Shown here: one piece after another, positions 28,347-39,977 of the stretch
Position numbering within the stretch: the stretch's first letter is position 1
How the letters are laid out: every line of letters begins with the position of its first letter
Sequence record: NZ_CP092111.1
From: a plasmid
Reading direction: 5' to 3' (one strand)
Length of the DNA: 64,000 nt
Position numbers and translations under genes: made by a program
Notes under the pieces: generated by a model
Told to the model about the DNA's origin: nothing
Seen by the model: the letters and a program-made list of their open reading frames with translations, nothing else
Databases searched by the model: none

Positions 28347-30876
28347 TATTCTAGCCGTGTGCGAAAACGTCATCTATACAAAAGATAAGAGGCAACAATT
28401 ATGGGTAGAATTCAAAGGATTTCATACCAGCTTTGATTCTGAAGCTCAATTGATAGGACGTTTCAACCAATTGAAACGTCTTTTTAAAGAAATGAAAAGA
28501 GAGCTTCATTGCCTTGTGGTTCCCGTCCGTCAATCTTTAAACGATGTTTATGAAAGATACACACGGGAGTTTCGAGGGAATTTAAAATCAGTTGGAATTG
28601 AGCATACAAAAGCTATTTTTGACTACTTGCAGGACAGTGACGAATTAGGTTCAGAAGAAAATAAAATGAAATTTTATGTAGGCATAGAGCTCGGCCAAGA
28701 TACCATGAATGATCAAAATGTAGAAGATATGAGTTATAGTGAGATATTTGCAAATATTAAAGAGTATCTGTCAAATATAACTGATCGGTTAAGGGGGCAA
28801 CACTCAGTTTATTTAGGGCAGGAACTTTTAGAAAAAACAAGAAGGAGTGCTAGAAAAGTACAGAGCATTTTAGATAGCTTTGAAATGTCATATAAAAAGC
28901 TTTCTACAGAGGAAATGTCTGAACTGTTGCCTTGGATTTTTAATATAGGTATTAGACATCTGCCTGATAATAAAGGGTGGGCGGAGAAGTATACACCGGT
29001 TTATGGAAAAGGTGGCGAAGTAGTTGCACGTGTTCAAACAGAAGAAGAAGTTATGAAATTGCAAATGACCGGTATTGAAAATTCCAAAGATCGTCTCCAC
29101 CTTGTACTTAATCAAACGGATGCTTACGGAAATAATCAAAAAACCTATATTTCTTTTCTGCATATGACAACAATGGACGATATTGTATATTTTCCTGAAA
29201 CGAGATGGCTTGAACCATTAAGACATTTAGAGTTTAGTGTTGGTGTTAGTCTGAAAATGAGCTATCAAAATGTTGATAAAAGGATCAGTAAGTTGCGTTT
29301 GAAAAAATCGAATTTGGAGGACCAGGCTAATCATTTAGCTCAATTTGGAGAAGATGCTGGTTCTAATGTATATGATGGAATTGCAACAGCGAATCAGACT
29401 ATTGCAGAGGAAGAAAAGCAGAGAGAAGGCAGCTTTTTAATGAGCGCTATCTTTGTGGTAAGCGCAAGCAGTAGAGAACAACTAGATGTTAATGTGACAA
29501 GCTTAATAGAAGAATATAGCTCAGTAGGCGGGATACAGCTTCAAAATACATTTGGTTTACAGTTGAGAAGTCTTATGGAGTGCCTTCCTGGATCACGTAG
29601 GTACGTTACGGAATTTATACAGGATGTGGATGTTAACGCTGTTACATCAAGCTTTTTTGGGAATCGTCAAGAATTAGGTGATGATTACGGAAGTTACATC
29701 GGTAGGACTGCCAGCGGCACTTCTGTGTTTATGCGGCCTGGTCGAGCAGCATCAGCACAAACATCAACCCAATCTTTAGTTAGGGTTCTATCAGGTAAGA
29801 CTGGTGCTGGAAAATCAATGGCTGGGAACTCTTTAATTTATGAAGGTGCATTGTACGGAACAAAAGTGTTGCTCATAGATCCGAAGAGTGAAAGGAAAGA
29901 CATTTTGCACTGGGATGAAAAATTGACTGAGCTTGGTACGGAGTTAAATTTTATTTCATTTACAACAAAAGATGAAGATGCCGGGAAGCTTGACCCGTGG
30001 CTTATTTTTGAAAACCGACAGGATGCTTCAGATGTTGCTAGGGAAATTATTAACTATTTATTAAACATCAGTATTAGAAAAGATGTTAAGAAAAGTACGT
30101 TGGTAGCCAAGGCATGCACACGAGTTTCACAAAGAAAACAGCCTGCCATTCGATTTGTTAAAACAGAGCTTAGAGAAGCAGTGAAAAGTGATCCAGAGTT
30201 GACTGAGGATGATAGAGAAATTGCAAAAGACTTGGCCAATATTTTGGAACAGTTTGAATCTATTTCACTGGCTCGGCTCTTCTTTGCAGAAAGGACCAAT
30301 TCAGAAAATCACTTGGATGCTACGAAACAGTTCAACATTTTACAAGTAGCAGATCTTGCACTTCCACCTAAAGGCTTGCCAGAGGAAGAATACTCAGAAC
30401 AAAATATTATTTCAGTTGCTGTTTTGTTTGGGCTTTCAAGTTATATGATTAAGTTTTTGCGCATGTTCCCAAATGATTTAACAGAAATCGTTATAGAAGA
30501 AGCCTGGAATTTCTTCAATAATGCAGCAGGAACACGTTTGATTGATAAAATATTTAGAGAAGGACGCAGTTTGTTATCTCCCGTCACATTGATGACACAA
30601 AACATTAAAGATATACCGAAAGAACTTAGGGGACAAATTGGTGCTGCTTATTGCTTCAAGGCTGATAATAAAGATGAAATAAAAGCTATCCAAGAATTTT
30701 TGCAACTTGATGATTCTGCGGGCATTGAACAATTGCTCCCATCACTCCCTTCCGGTTGGTGTCTCCATCGCGATTTAGACAATAGGGTTGGATTAATGCA
30801 ATTCAGAGTATTGCAGGATCATCTATATAATGCGTTTGACACATCAAAAGACCTTAGCGAAATGGTGAACGCTTAA
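28330..30876 (+). CDS. VirB4-like conjugation ATPase
   Basis: Walker A SGKTGAGKS; Walker B EEAWNFF (DEAW-type); about 850 aa. Confidence 0.85.
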   Translation: MKYESDILAVCENVIYTKDKRQQLWVEFKGFHTSFDSEAQLIGRFNQLKRLFKEMKRELHCLVVPVRQSLNDVYERYTREFRGNLKSVGIEHTKAIFDYLQDSDELGSEENKMKFYVGIELGQDTMNDQNVEDMSYSEIFANIKEYLSNITDRLRGQHSVYLGQELLEKTRRSARKVQSILDSFEMSYKKLSTEEMSELLPWIFNIGIRHLPDNKGWAEKYTPVYGKGGEVVARVQTEEEVMKLQMTGIENSKDRLHLVLNQTDAYGNNQKTYISFLHMTTMDDIVYFPETRWLEPLRHLEFSVGVSLKMSYQNVDKRISKLRLKKSNLEDQANHLAQFGEDAGSNVYDGIATANQTIAEEEKQREGSFLMSAIFVVSASSREQLDVNVTSLIEEYSSVGGIQLQNTFGLQLRSLMECLPGSRRYVTEFIQDVDVNAVTSSFFGNRQELGDDYGSYIGRTASGTSVFMRPGRAASAQTSTQSLVRVLSGKTGAGKSMAGNSLIYEGALYGTKVLLIDPKSERKDILHWDEKLTELGTELNFISFTTKDEDAGKLDPWLIFENRQDASDVAREIINYLLNISIRKDVKKSTLVAKACTRVSQRKQPAIRFVKTELREAVKSDPELTEDDREIAKDLANILEQFESISLARLFFAERTNSENHLDATKQFNILQVADLALPPKGLPEEEYSEQNIISVAVLFGLSSYMIKFLRMFPNDLTEIVIEEAWNFFNNAAGTRLIDKIFREGRSLLSPVTLMTQNIKDIPKELRGQIGAAYCFKADNKDEIKAIQEFLQLDDSAGIEQLLPSLPSGWCLHRDLDNRVGLMQFRVLQDHLYNAFDTSKDLSEMVNA

Positions 30877-30917
30877 AGGGGAGAATATCTCTCCCTCTAT
30901 TAGAAAGGAGATACAAC

Positions 30918-31448
30918 ATGAAAAGGATTATTACTTCTGTAATGTTGCTAGGGGTTCTTCTATTGTCTGGATGCGGAAAAGAAAAATGTGAAGATACAGA
31001 ATCGTGTAAAAGGGCTTTAGAATACGTCACATATGATAATCAAAATGCTTATGACAAGATGTATTCAATGGAGATAGGGGGCAACGGTGGTAAAACATCA
31101 AGTAGCTTAGAGGACGCAAAGAGTAAGCTCCCAGATGACTATGAAAACGTGAAAGAAAAATCTGTTGAAAAGTATGCTGCTATCGAATATGAAATTAAGC
31201 CAGGCAGTGAATATATTTATAAGTTTGTGTTTTTTGATTTGAGAAGCAATGAAAAAAAAGTTACTTCTGTGAAGATGGAAAAAGTTAAGAATCAATATTT
31301 AGCAAAACAAATTTTTGGATCTATAAAAGCTGGCAGTATAGAAAAAGAGAATGAAGAGCTAATCACTCCTAAATATTATTTCTCCGACAGTTTGACTGAG
31401 AAGGAGAAAGACGAATTAAAACCGACACCTGTCAAAAAAGATGAATAA
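30918..31448 (+). CDS. lipoprotein (LSGC lipobox)
   Basis: MKRIITSVMLLGVLLLSGCGKE. Confidence 0.55.
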   Translation: MKRIITSVMLLGVLLLSGCGKEKCEDTESCKRALEYVTYDNQNAYDKMYSMEIGGNGGKTSSSLEDAKSKLPDDYENVKEKSVEKYAAIEYEIKPGSEYIYKFVFFDLRSNEKKVTSVKMEKVKNQYLAKQIFGSIKAGSIEKENEELITPKYYFSDSLTEKEKDELKPTPVKKDE

Positions 31449-31462
31449 GGGAGAAGGTATAA

Positions 31463-33709
31463 ATGAGAAAAAAGAGGCGGCTTCTTATCCGCTGCGGTTT
31501 ATTAATGTTCTGTATACTGATGCTTATTCCTTGTTCTGCTGCATCAGCTAAACCTAATGTTATGGATGATTTATCACCAGAATCGGACTTGCCAGATACT
31601 TCTGCGCCGGTAGTTAAATATAATGAGTATCCGATCGAAAATTATGATTTAGATATCTATGCTGAGGATGAGGATGAGGATGAGGGAGGAATTTTAGATG
31701 CTATTAAGTCATTAAACCCCTTTAATATCAAGGATGAAGTAATAGAGAGTATTCTGGCGTTTCAACAAACCATTCTTTCGGGTCTTTGGTATGGATATAC
31801 TGTAGTCGTGAACTCAGGATTATATTTTATAGAGCAAGCTTTTACTTTTGATCTGATAGGTTCTATGATTGGCTACATCGCTGACCTTATTGCAGAGATT
31901 GGCGGTCCATATGGGATTGGCCAATTTATGGGTTTTATGCTCATTTTGACTTCAGCTTGGCTAGTGTATACAACTGCAAAAAAACAATTTAGACATGCTA
32001 TTGGTGGACTTCTAATTGCTGCGCTATTATCAGGTTTTTTCACCTTGTATGTTCAGAATAGTGAATCAGTTCTTGGTTTTATGAATGACAAACGATTGGC
32101 AGTATCAAACGCTGTTTTAAGTTCTTCAACATACTCATTAGATAGTCAGGATTCTGATGGGCAAGTTAAAGGCAAAGATACACCAAGATACACAGACGCT
32201 GCGTCATCGCGTTATGGTTTGTCAAGAATTCGAAACTTACTGCATGATTTGCTGATTGTTAAGCCTTATATGTTAATGGAATTTGGATCAACTAATTTAG
32301 CAGTTGTTGGGGGAGCAAAAAGTAAAAATGACTTTACACAGAAGGATATAGATGCTGGTAAAGAAAAGTTGCGAACGCTTTTAAAAGCTAAACCAGGAAG
32401 TGACGAACGGAAGAAATTTATTAAAGAAAATTTGGATGAAACTATGTTTTCAGCTGAGTATACCAATCAAAGAACTGTATTATCATTCCTCATTTGGGTT
32501 CCGGCCGTATTAATTTTGGCTTTTGCTGGGCTAGTGTCTTTTCTAGTTCAAATATACAGTGCTGGTTTCTTAATACAAGCTTCAATAGGTGTTTTCATTA
32601 TAATGGCTGCGATTATGCCTACTTTTCGATCGTTTGCAAGTCAATGGGCGCTTAAATTGTTAAATTTTCTTGCGATGTCAGTAGCATTTACTTTTTCACT
32701 CATATTGATGTTCAGCCTTGTAAATATAGTTTATAAAGTAGCAGAGGATAAAAACTGGAATTACTTATCTATCGTTACAGGAGTGGCCATAGTTGTTATT
32801 ACAATGATTGTACTTTCATCTAAACTTTGGGGATATCAAATTGTTAAACAAAACTTAGAAAAAGCACGAGAATTTACGCAAAAGATGGTCCAAAATTCAA
32901 AAGAACAACAAATGGCAAAAGATCGTATTCAAGAAGCTGGTGGTGGGAGTGGATGGTATTCCCCTGGAAGAACTGCATCATCAGGAAGTCCGAATAGACT
33001 TCAAAAAAACATTAACAGGTTGAATAAATCAGATAAAGCCCCAATAAAAGGTTCTGAGGATACAGGTAACAATATAGCTGCTGCTGATCTAAACAAGAAA
33101 GCTGATAATAAAGCAGCAGATAAACTTTTGAAAAATGTTAATAGTAAGAAAAACAAAAAAGATAATCGTATTAAGAAACAACCAGGTCATAAGGATTTGG
33201 AACAACTGTCAGCAGGAAAACTGTCTAATGATCAGAATGGTAATGGCCAAAACGGAGATGAAAAACAGTCTGGCAACAAGAATCAGCATTTAATCAATCA
33301 TATGCAGAAAAAACAGGCTGATGGAGAACGAATCAAGCAGCAGCCAGGACAGAAGGAGAATGAAAATGTTGCTGTGCAAAAGAGACCCCAAGGAGAAGAA
33401 GCTTTACAAAGAATACGCAGGCAAGAAGCACAAGAAAAACGGAGAATCCATAAACAGCCGCAAACTCCTGAAAACTTAAAACCAGAAAATGAACGTGGGC
33501 AAACAGGAGAATATCAAACCGTAGCTCGTGAGAAAGCTAAAATGAAAGCGATGGAGCAAAGAACGCGCGAAAACAATTCTGCTGATAATATTGTTCAGCT
33601 GCCTAGAAGAGATGAAACAGCCGCTTCTAGTGAAACTAATCAACAAAATTCTCATTCAAGAGAGTTGGACCAAATGAGAAAAAGGATGAATGAAAATAAA
33701 GGAGAGTGA
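31463..33709 (+). CDS. VirB6-like polytopic membrane protein with long Q/K/N-rich low-complexity C-terminal tail
   Basis: At least 6 hydrophobic helices; T4SS context. Confidence 0.5.
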   Translation: MRKKRRLLIRCGLLMFCILMLIPCSAASAKPNVMDDLSPESDLPDTSAPVVKYNEYPIENYDLDIYAEDEDEDEGGILDAIKSLNPFNIKDEVIESILAFQQTILSGLWYGYTVVVNSGLYFIEQAFTFDLIGSMIGYIADLIAEIGGPYGIGQFMGFMLILTSAWLVYTTAKKQFRHAIGGLLIAALLSGFFTLYVQNSESVLGFMNDKRLAVSNAVLSSSTYSLDSQDSDGQVKGKDTPRYTDAASSRYGLSRIRNLLHDLLIVKPYMLMEFGSTNLAVVGGAKSKNDFTQKDIDAGKEKLRTLLKAKPGSDERKKFIKENLDETMFSAEYTNQRTVLSFLIWVPAVLILAFAGLVSFLVQIYSAGFLIQASIGVFIIMAAIMPTFRSFASQWALKLLNFLAMSVAFTFSLILMFSLVNIVYKVAEDKNWNYLSIVTGVAIVVITMIVLSSKLWGYQIVKQNLEKAREFTQKMVQNSKEQQMAKDRIQEAGGGSGWYSPGRTASSGSPNRLQKNINRLNKSDKAPIKGSEDTGNNIAAADLNKKADNKAADKLLKNVNSKKNKKDNRIKKQPGHKDLEQLSAGKLSNDQNGNGQNGDEKQSGNKNQHLINHMQKKQADGERIKQQPGQKENENVAVQKRPQGEEALQRIRRQEAQEKRRIHKQPQTPENLKPENERGQTGEYQTVAREKAKMKAMEQRTRENNSADNIVQLPRRDETAASSETNQQNSHSRELDQMRKRMNENKGE

Positions 33710-34314
33710 GGCGGGTGAGTGTTCGTCATAAAAAGTTGGTTACTCTTGCTGTCGGTGTCGCTCTGTTTTTAGTATCTGGACTGGCTATTTTCTTTAGCTC
33801 AAATGAATCTGTGTCCAAAGATGATGGCGCATCAGCCAAGCAGAATAACATTAATAAGCCCGCTGAAGATGATTTATCCTCAGAAGGAGCTATGAGTCTT
33901 GAAGAGGATAAATCATCCTTAGATCAAGCTGAAAGACTTTCTGAAGAGGAAAAAAAAGAAACGAAAAAAACAGCTGAAGAATTTGTGAAACGGTATGCTG
34001 CTTTTAATGCTGAAAATCCTATTGATAACATAGAAAATGCAAAAGATTATATGACCGAAGAGCTTTATAATGCTTTGAAAAAACATCCAACTAGAGGGAC
34101 GTTGACCCATTATAAAGTTAAACCCGAAAAAATATATATTACTGACGTTTCTAATGATAATAAAGATCTTGTCCGATGGAACGTAGTTATGCAAGGGAAG
34201 GTTTTTGATAAAGAGGGTAAATCAAAGTCAGAAGAAGATTGGTACCTTGTTACAATAAAGGATGTTTCAGGAGAAAAAAAGGTGAGTGATGTTAGTGTCA
34301 ACCTTCCAAGTTAA
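33706..34314 (+). CDS. bitopic membrane protein, conjugation operon
   Basis: N-terminal [22 protein letters not shown]. Confidence 0.4.
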   Translation: MRRVSVRHKKLVTLAVGVALFLVSGLAIFFSSNESVSKDDGASAKQNNINKPAEDDLSSEGAMSLEEDKSSLDQAERLSEEEKKETKKTAEEFVKRYAAFNAENPIDNIENAKDYMTEELYNALKKHPTRGTLTHYKVKPEKIYITDVSNDNKDLVRWNVVMQGKVFDKEGKSKSEEDWYLVTIKDVSGEKKVSDVSVNLPS

Positions 34315-35434
34315 GGCTCTAAACACTCTATATAATTATAAAAAAAAGAAAATCAAGATCTACATTGGTTTAGGGATCAGCGCAGCTATATTAGTAATTT
34401 CGGGAATTGTTATGGCGGTCATTTTGGTAATGGGTGCTTTTGGAGTTTTAACAAATCAAAAAGAATTAGTTCCCACCAGTGATTATTCTGATATCAATAT
34501 ATCAGAAATTGGTGAGAATCAAATACCAGCAGAATATATCCCACTATATAAAAAGGCAGCTGAAAAATATAAGTTACCTTGGACATTACTTGCTTCTATC
34601 CATAGAATTGAAACAAGATTTTCATCAATTAAAAAGATGGAATCAAATGTGGGGGCTCAAGGCCCTGCTCAGTTTATGCCATGTACTTGGGTGGGATGGG
34701 GACATCCTTCTTGTAGTGGACTTGGGAAAGGTAATATTCCAAAAAGTCAAATGTCTGATTTGAAAACGATTAAAAAATATGGCGGTTATGGAGTCGATGC
34801 TAATGGTGATGGCAAGGCTGATATATGGGACTTAGAAGATTCTATTTATTCCGCGGCAAACTATCTTGCTGCTAGTGGGGCAGCAAAGGGTGACTTTCAA
34901 AAAGCCATTTTTGCTTACAATAACGCTGACTGGTATGTCCAAGAAGTAATTCAATATATGGATTTGTATGGATCAGGGAAAGCTGAAGAAGTTAATTTTG
35001 GCAATATGAATCCTGGAAAAGATAAAGGTCCTGAAGCAGCTGAAAAGGCCATTAAAGCAGGATTAGAGCTTGTTGGGAAAAGCCCTTACAATTGGGGGGG
35101 AGGAAGAAATCAATTTGATATCAACAGAAGGTCGTTTGATTGTTCTTCTTTTGTCCATTGGATGTATGCTCAAGGCGGCGTAAATCTTGGTGACGTTTCA
35201 TCAGTTGTTACTGATTCACTTGTGAAATTCGGGAAAAAAGTTGACGCTAAAGACATGAAACGCGGTGATCTTGTCTTTTTTGATACTTATAAGACTAATG
35301 GCCACGTGGGTATTTACTTGGGGGATGGGAAGTTTTTAAATGATAATAGTTCACATGGTGTCCAGGTAGATAAGATGAACAATACCTATTGGCGTGCTCA
35401 TTTTAGTGGTGTTGTACGGCGTGTGGTGAACTAG
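34286..35434 (+). CDS. CwlT-like bifunctional cell-wall hydrolase (lytic transglycosylase/muramidase + NlpC/P60 endopeptidase), VirB1 analogue
   Basis: [12 protein letters not shown] (SLT-like); C-terminal FDCSSFVHW...NGHVGIY (NlpC/P60 Cys/His). Confidence 0.8.
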   Translation: MMLVSTFQVKALNTLYNYKKKKIKIYIGLGISAAILVISGIVMAVILVMGAFGVLTNQKELVPTSDYSDINISEIGENQIPAEYIPLYKKAAEKYKLPWTLLASIHRIETRFSSIKKMESNVGAQGPAQFMPCTWVGWGHPSCSGLGKGNIPKSQMSDLKTIKKYGGYGVDANGDGKADIWDLEDSIYSAANYLAASGAAKGDFQKAIFAYNNADWYVQEVIQYMDLYGSGKAEEVNFGNMNPGKDKGPEAAEKAIKAGLELVGKSPYNWGGGRNQFDINRRSFDCSSFVHWMYAQGGVNLGDVSSVVTDSLVKFGKKVDAKDMKRGDLVFFDTYKTNGHVGIYLGDGKFLNDNSSHGVQVDKMNNTYWRAHFSGVVRRVVN

Positions 35435-35446
35435 GAAGGAGAAGGT

Positions 35447-35944
35447 GTGAATATTAAGTTATTTTTAAATGATGTGAAAACTCTATCTAAAGATTTTTTA
35501 AATAAGCATTGGATCACGATACTAGCAGTAGTAACCTTGATCTTTTCGTGCTACATGTATCTCTATACCTTCAGTGCAATGTTACTGCCTTTTATGTTTG
35601 TGCCAATGTGGTATATTTCTGCAATTGCATTTAGTAATCATAAAATGCATAAATCAATTAATGGGTTATTTCGAAAGGATAAAACGAAAAAATTCACTAT
35701 TTTAAGAGTTTATACTAACGATCACAATTTTGTTGAACGAATGACAGATGCCGATTATTTAGCAACGCAATCTATAGATTCCGAAAAAGGTATGGTGAAT
35801 ATATCAAAAGATATTCCATCTCAGATACCATATTATGTTGATGAAGAATTTCGTTATTGCTACCATATATTGATTGATGATAATAATAATATGTACATTG
35901 CAGGACAATATGAAAACCAAGAAGTTGATCAAATTGACGACTAA
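35447..35944 (+). CDS. membrane protein, hypothetical
   Basis: Two TM helices. Confidence 0.4.
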   Translation: MNIKLFLNDVKTLSKDFLNKHWITILAVVTLIFSCYMYLYTFSAMLLPFMFVPMWYISAIAFSNHKMHKSINGLFRKDKTKKFTILRVYTNDHNFVERMTDADYLATQSIDSEKGMVNISKDIPSQIPYYVDEEFRYCYHILIDDNNNMYIAGQYENQEVDQIDD

Positions 35945-36114
35945 ATTAATTATAATGGTTGTATGCTTAATATTGGTTCCTTCTTGCTGGTATAGTGCTG
36001 ATCGGAGATTTAGAATTTTGAGCGTGGTAGCTGGAATTGTTGTGCTTTACTGTTTTGGCAGTTTACTTGATAGTTTTTTCCATAATCTTTTTTCACCTTT
36101 TAAATGATAGTAGA

Positions 36115-36850
36115 GACAGAGCCGGCTGAAAGGAACCGGCTCTTTTTTGCAGCCAGAGAGACAACGGGCCGCCCTGGCAGCTGAAGGAGATCCGCGGCCG
36201 TCGGTTCCGATGCAGCGCCGGCTTTTTTTTGTGTCCTGGCCAAGCCGGGCCGCCCTGATAGCTGAAGGAGATCCGTGGCCGTCGGTTCCGTGCGGTTCCA
36301 GAAGGAGAGCATCTGAAGGAGAAAACGCCCCGCGTTTACGGGGCGATTGGGAAAGCACCGGCAGCGCCGCGCCATGAAATCTCTGCGTCTCATCGAAGCT
36401 GCGGGGCAGCCGGATTCCGGAGCCGATCAGGCGCCGGCTTTTTTTGTGTCCTGGCCAAGCCGGGCCGCTCTGGTAGCTGAAGGAGATCCGCGGCCGTCGG
36501 TTCCGTGCGGTTCCAGAAGGAGAGCATCTGAAGGAGAAAACGCCCCGCGTTTACGGGGCGATTGGGAAAGCACCGGCAGCGCGCCGCGTCGTGAAATCTC
36601 CGCGTCTCATCGAAGCTGCGGGGCAGCCGGATTCCGGAGCCGACCAGGCGCCGGCTTTTTTTGTGTCCTGGCCAAGCCGGGCCGCCCTGGCTGCTGAAGG
36701 AGCTCCGCTCAGACCTTGCAGCTGCATCAGCACATGACGAGTTGCTTAGAGCGAAGAGAGAAAGAGCGCGCCGCGCTTACCATGGTGCTTAGGAGCCGCT
36801 GTAGCTGCAGGTGATCCAGAGCCGATAGAAAGGAACCGGCTCTTTTCACC
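36115..36850. repeat. REP-like array, family 1
   Basis: Same family-1 hairpin blocks as 4140..4420. Confidence 0.8.
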
Positions 36851-36954
36851 AAATAAGAAAAGACGGCTGCTTCAGCAATCCGTCTTTTTCGTTATTATTT
36901 ATTTTAGTGAAGTCTAATAGCATATTTACATCAAAGTCGAAATGTAAACTTAAA

Positions 36955-37170
36955 TTATTCGTAATGTTTTAAGCTTGCTTCAATAGATTTAATGTTACTG
37001 GTTAATTTTCGAATTTGTCTTCGGAGAGTATCATTAACAACAGTAGGAATATTACCTTCTTGTTTATTTATGAAGCTTTGAACAACCTCTTTTTCTTCAA
37101 CTGATTGTTTCAATTCAGACTTTAGTTCGTTTATTCTTTCTTTCATGAGTTCTTTTGTTTGTTCATCCAT
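36955..37170 (-). CDS. small coiled-coil protein (71 aa)
   Basis: ORF downstream of the nuclease gene. Confidence 0.3.
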   Translation of the reverse strand: MDEQTKELMKERINELKSELKQSVEEKEVVQSFINKQEGNIPTVVNDTLRRQIRKLTSNIKSIEASLKHYE

Positions 37171-37254
37171 TTTAAAATGCTTCTTCTGTAAATAATTGAT
37201 TTAACAATCAAACTTTTTAAAGCTACACCGCCTTTTTTGTTCATCCATTTTTGA

Positions 37255-37758
37255 TTACTCTATTGTAAATAAGACTCTAGTTCCGTCTGGGTAATCAGAA
37301 AGCTTATGTGATACCCAGGAACCTGCCCCGCGGTTATCAGAAGGGGTTATGTATTCGATGTCTGCTCCGCTTCCTCCTTCAGCGCAAAAAGCCATTGGCC
37401 ATTCATCACGATCATATCCTTTTTTTGTTGGGATATCTTTCAATGATTGAGATCGATTATTTTCCGCTCCATCACGGTCGATAGTACACACAGCTGATTT
37501 GCCCTTGGAAATTGCATTTTCTATATGTTTGGCAGTCTCAGGGTATTTATCAGCCGGAAAATAAATTACCTTGTCGGCTTTCTTATTTGAATTGTTGTTT
37601 TTGTCTGAAGAAACATCGATAGCTTTATCATGGGTGAATTCAGAAATAAGACGGTTTATATCCTTTATGATTGGACGAATAGGTGTATTTGGGACAAAGT
37701 TGCCCAAGGCATAAAGGCTAATTATAACGGCTCCTAATAACCCTAGAAATTTTTTCAT
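37255..37758 (-). CDS. NucA/NucB-family DNase, second copy
   Basis: [101 protein letters not shown]; N-terminal signal peptide. Confidence 0.8.
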   Translation of the reverse strand: MKKFLGLLGAVIISLYALGNFVPNTPIRPIIKDINRLISEFTHDKAIDVSSDKNNNSNKKADKVIYFPADKYPETAKHIENAISKGKSAVCTIDRDGAENNRSQSLKDIPTKKGYDRDEWPMAFCAEGGSGADIEYITPSDNRGAGSWVSHKLSDYPDGTRVLFTIE

Positions 37759-37812
37759 CTTTCCCGCTCCTCATAAGGGATTTTTATAAGCATGAAAGCT
37801 GCTTTGCTAATC

Positions 37813-38058
37813 TCACTCAGGTTTCTTGTAATAAAACTTGGAGCTATCAGAGATTAAGGTGTTACTTACTCTACGGATTGTTTCCGAATTTCTTTGAAAT
37901 TTATTAAAAGGGGTATTGTCGATTTTATACTTTTTTCTCAATTCTTTAATCTTACCGGCGATTATAAAAAGGTCATCTTCCTTCAAATTTGCAATATCAC
38001 ATAATATTTCGAGATATAGTTTTTCGGTCATTTTTAATTTCACCATCCTGCTCGTCAT
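37813..38058 (-). CDS. hypothetical protein (81 aa)
   Basis: ORF. Confidence 0.3.
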   Translation of the reverse strand: MTSRMVKLKMTEKLYLEILCDIANLKEDDLFIIAGKIKELRKKYKIDNTPFNKFQRNSETIRRVSNTLISDSSKFYYKKPE

Positions 38059-38846
38059 TTTGTTTTATCAACAAAATCAAAAATGCTTTGATCAAGAGGC
38101 TTTTCCCCTTGCCCTTGAAACAGCCAATTTTTTGTTTCGCGGTTATATTCCCAACCAGCTTTTTTTAAAGCCGCGCTTAATTGCTCTAAGTTAATGCTTG
38201 GTATCTTTTTAGCAATGCTTGCTAATGTTATACCTGGTTGTCTGGTTGCGGAGAGAACTTCACGTAAGGTTGGGTTTTCACCTATATTGATTGAATTTAG
38301 TTCACTCAACTCTTTATGCCATTTCTTTATATCCGATCTGTCGAACCCTTCCTGGGTTAGAGTAGAAGGGATTTCATTAGGGGTATCCAAATAATATTGC
38401 AACTGTTTTAACGCTTCGGGTAGGGGACCGAAACTGTGTATTGTTTTGTGTCTTTGCCCTTTCCCTGGGACTGTCACGCCTTTTTTAATGTACACATAAA
38501 TTTTCCCTTGTTTTTTTAATTTGACTAAGAAGCCGCTCTTTTTAAAGTCTGTCGGAGTGGCGTTACTCTTCGAAGCATATCTATGATTTACTTTGTTTCT
38601 GTCAATTTTGTCTTTCTGTAAATAAGCTTCTAAATCAGACTTTAGGTAACGATCAGCAATAGCTTGGATTTCTCCCTTATGCACTCTGTTATAAAATGTC
38701 ACATGAGAAATGTTCATGTATGCCGCAGCCGCTTTGGGATCAAGGAGTTGCTCGGAGAGGTAATTTCTTATTTTCTGTTCTTTTTCCTTATCAGAAATGG
38801 GTTCATTTGCGATTTTTATTATCTCGTACATAGTAAACCTCCACAT
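38055..38846 (-). CDS. HTH DNA-binding protein (excisionase/MerR-like N-terminal HTH) with C-terminal domain of unknown function
   Basis: AAAYMNISHVTFYNRVHKGEIQA. Confidence 0.5.
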   Translation of the reverse strand: MWRFTMYEIIKIANEPISDKEKEQKIRNYLSEQLLDPKAAAAYMNISHVTFYNRVHKGEIQAIADRYLKSDLEAYLQKDKIDRNKVNHRYASKSNATPTDFKKSGFLVKLKKQGKIYVYIKKGVTVPGKGQRHKTIHSFGPLPEALKQLQYYLDTPNEIPSTLTQEGFDRSDIKKWHKELSELNSINIGENPTLREVLSATRQPGITLASIAKKIPSINLEQLSAALKKAGWEYNRETKNWLFQGQGEKPLDQSIFDFVDKTK

Positions 38847-38949
38847 TGTTTGGGTATTGTTTCTCTAATTTTCCGTCCTAAACCCTAATAATATCCTCTT
38901 ATTCTGAATGTTGAAAGTTCCAAAGGGAGGATGCGGGCAAGACATAAGA

Positions 38950-39000
38950 GAGAACTTTCCCTTGTGTTAAGTATAACATATGCTATAGTAATTGTATAGC
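38950..39000. promoter_or_regulatory. Variant copy (E6) of the palindromic operator: aacatatgctata-N-tatagcatatgtt, with compensatory change in both arms
   Basis: Seen in sequence. Confidence 0.5.
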
Positions 39001-39015
39001 ATATGTTATACAAAA

Positions 39016-39702
39016 TTAGTGAAGGTTCGACATTGCTTTTGAAATTTCCTTATCAGTTGCACGTATAACGGATTCAACAAACTTTTCACAATGTCTTTCG
39101 TCCGAAAAAGAACGGCTATCGAAGTTTATATTTAACGTATATGAAAACTGTTTTTGATTTACCTTGTAAATCAGAGTTGTTACACATTCATAATTACAAA
39201 TATCTTCGGTCTTATCATATTCCAGCTCCATATCATCGTACTGAGATTTAATACATTCGTCCGCAGTGTGAATCTGCCGCTCCTTTATATACTCACAAGC
39301 AATAGCTTCTATGACATGATGTATAGTCCGTTTGACAGCTGAAAGATAAAGGTCACAGTGAACGGATGGGTTTTTAACGGTTGTTATAAAAGTTGGGTGA
39401 GCATGCGTTTGAGCCGCTATTTCTGAGTGGATGATATCCTTGAATTCAGTTTCTGCTATACCTGCAACTTCATCCAATGTCAGGAAATCAAGCGTTTGAG
39501 AATGGTCACTATTGTTTAAAAACATATTCTTATTTTTTCTCACCTCGATGCTGAGTGAAGCTAACGCATAATAGCGCATCTGCTGCTGAACACGATCACC
39601 TAGACATGCCATAATTTTTTCTTTGTTTTCTTGAGTGGCAGGCAAACCATTGCTTTCTAATACTGCCGAAAGGTCTTCTGCTTTAAGTTTTGTTAATAAC
39701 AT
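39016..39702 (-). CDS. hypothetical protein; weak paralog of 40509..41174
   Basis: Shared N-terminal motif LP/IPATxENxxxI. Confidence 0.45.
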   Translation of the reverse strand: MLLTKLKAEDLSAVLESNGLPATQENKEKIMACLGDRVQQQMRYYALASLSIEVRKNKNMFLNNSDHSQTLDFLTLDEVAGIAETEFKDIIHSEIAAQTHAHPTFITTVKNPSVHCDLYLSAVKRTIHHVIEAIACEYIKERQIHTADECIKSQYDDMELEYDKTEDICNYECVTTLIYKVNQKQFSYTLNINFDSRSFSDERHCEKFVESVIRATDKEISKAMSNLH

Positions 39703-39776
39703 AAGAACAGCTCCTTATTTTCGATTATGGAGAGCATTCACGCGGGGAATGAACCACGCGTGAATGCAACTAAGCA

Positions 39777-39977
39777 TTAATCATTAATAATGGTGCCGCA
39801 AAATATATGAATTCGATTATTGGTGTGCTGGATCATTCTGACTTGGACATCCTCTTGTTTAGAGATCGAAAGGTTTTTAGCTTTCTTAAAGACGCTTGCA
39901 ATGCTAATTGGGCTTTCGATTGTTTCCTCCAATTGATCTTTTACAAACAAATTTGCTTCGAAAACTCTTGTTTTCAT
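39777..39977 (-). CDS. small hypothetical protein (66 aa)
   Basis: Immediately downstream of element copy E1. Confidence 0.35.
   Translation of the reverse strand: MKTRVFEANLFVKDQLEETIESPISIASVFKKAKNLSISKQEDVQVRMIQHTNNRIHIFCGTIIND

Noticed and set aside
36047-36733. ORFs inside the 36115-36850 REP array
   Set aside because: Spurious REP-derived frames.
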